64,000 nt of DNA from an uncultured Gemmatimonadales bacterium (lineage in GTDB: Bacteria > Gemmatimonadota > Gemmatimonadetes > Longimicrobiales > Gaopeijiaceae), in the NCBI GenBank assembly GCA_963809895.1, contig CAWELD010000003.1, positions 608,001 to 672,000 on the forward strand, in the 5' to 3' direction. A model generated the notes under the pieces. That model was not told the DNA's origin. It made no database searches and saw only the letters and a list, made by a program, of their open reading frames with translations. A program made the position numbers and the translations under genes. Shown here in pieces: positions 63,766-64,000 of this stretch; the stretch's first letter is position 1; each line of letters opens with the position of its first letter.

Positions 63766-64000
63766 CCACGCCGACCACCGGGAGCCCCTTCCTGCCCAGG
63801 GAGGGGTTTCTCGTAGTGGACCTGGAGCGCTTCCAGGGTCCCCTCGACCTCCTGCTGCATCTGATTCGCACCCAGGACATCGACGTCTTCGACATCCCCA
63901 TCGCCCGCATCACGGATCAGTTCCTGAAGGCGGTGAAGGGAATCCACGCCGAAGATCTGGACAACGCCGGGGAGTTCCTGGAGATGGCCGCGTCGCTGGT
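63756..64000 (+). CDS. scpA: Segregation and condensation protein A (3' partial; absent from the ORF track)
   Basis: VDLERFQGPLDLLLHLIRTQDIDVFDIPIARITDQFL...AGEFLEMAASL; start at 63756 or 63816. Confidence 0.88.
   Translation, partial: MDLTTPTTGSPFLPREGFLVVDLERFQGPLDLLLHLIRTQDIDVFDIPIARITDQFLKAVKGIHAEDLDNAGEFLEMAASL

Overview
High-GC bacterial chromosome window; gene content suggests Gemmatimonadota (inference). The core backbone carries gmhB-like (partial), iscA/erpA, nadA, an MBL hydrolase, purN, purH, tRNA-Ser(UGA) with downstream 196-bp repeats, ispG, an RND efflux operon, glnS-YqeY, gltX, a LexA-like gene, tadA, NhaC, pyrR-pyrB-pyrC, rpsT, an M50 protease and scpA (partial). Four things stand out. 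(1) An acyl-CoA dehydrogenase / type I PKS-FAS / PPTase operon with architecture KS-AT-KS-ACPx3-KR-DH, in which all three ACPs have Thr instead of the phosphopantetheine-accepting Ser. (2) An integrase-less integron remnant at about 44.8-46.9 kb: a clear attC, a second attC cut by an IS3, a candidate attI, a MazEF-type TA cassette and a beta-propeller cassette. (3) An IS-riddled accessory island at 50.7-63 kb with a LanB-like fragment, a secreted Cys-rich small protein, a truncated exporter-type ABC transporter, a mini-HlyD, an S8 protease and several beta-propeller paralogs. (4) A LexA homolog lacking its autocleavage residues. Single-base frameshifts in several housekeeping genes point to uncorrected sequencing indels, so frameshifts here should not be over-read. 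All family assignments are by motif recognition; no searches were run.
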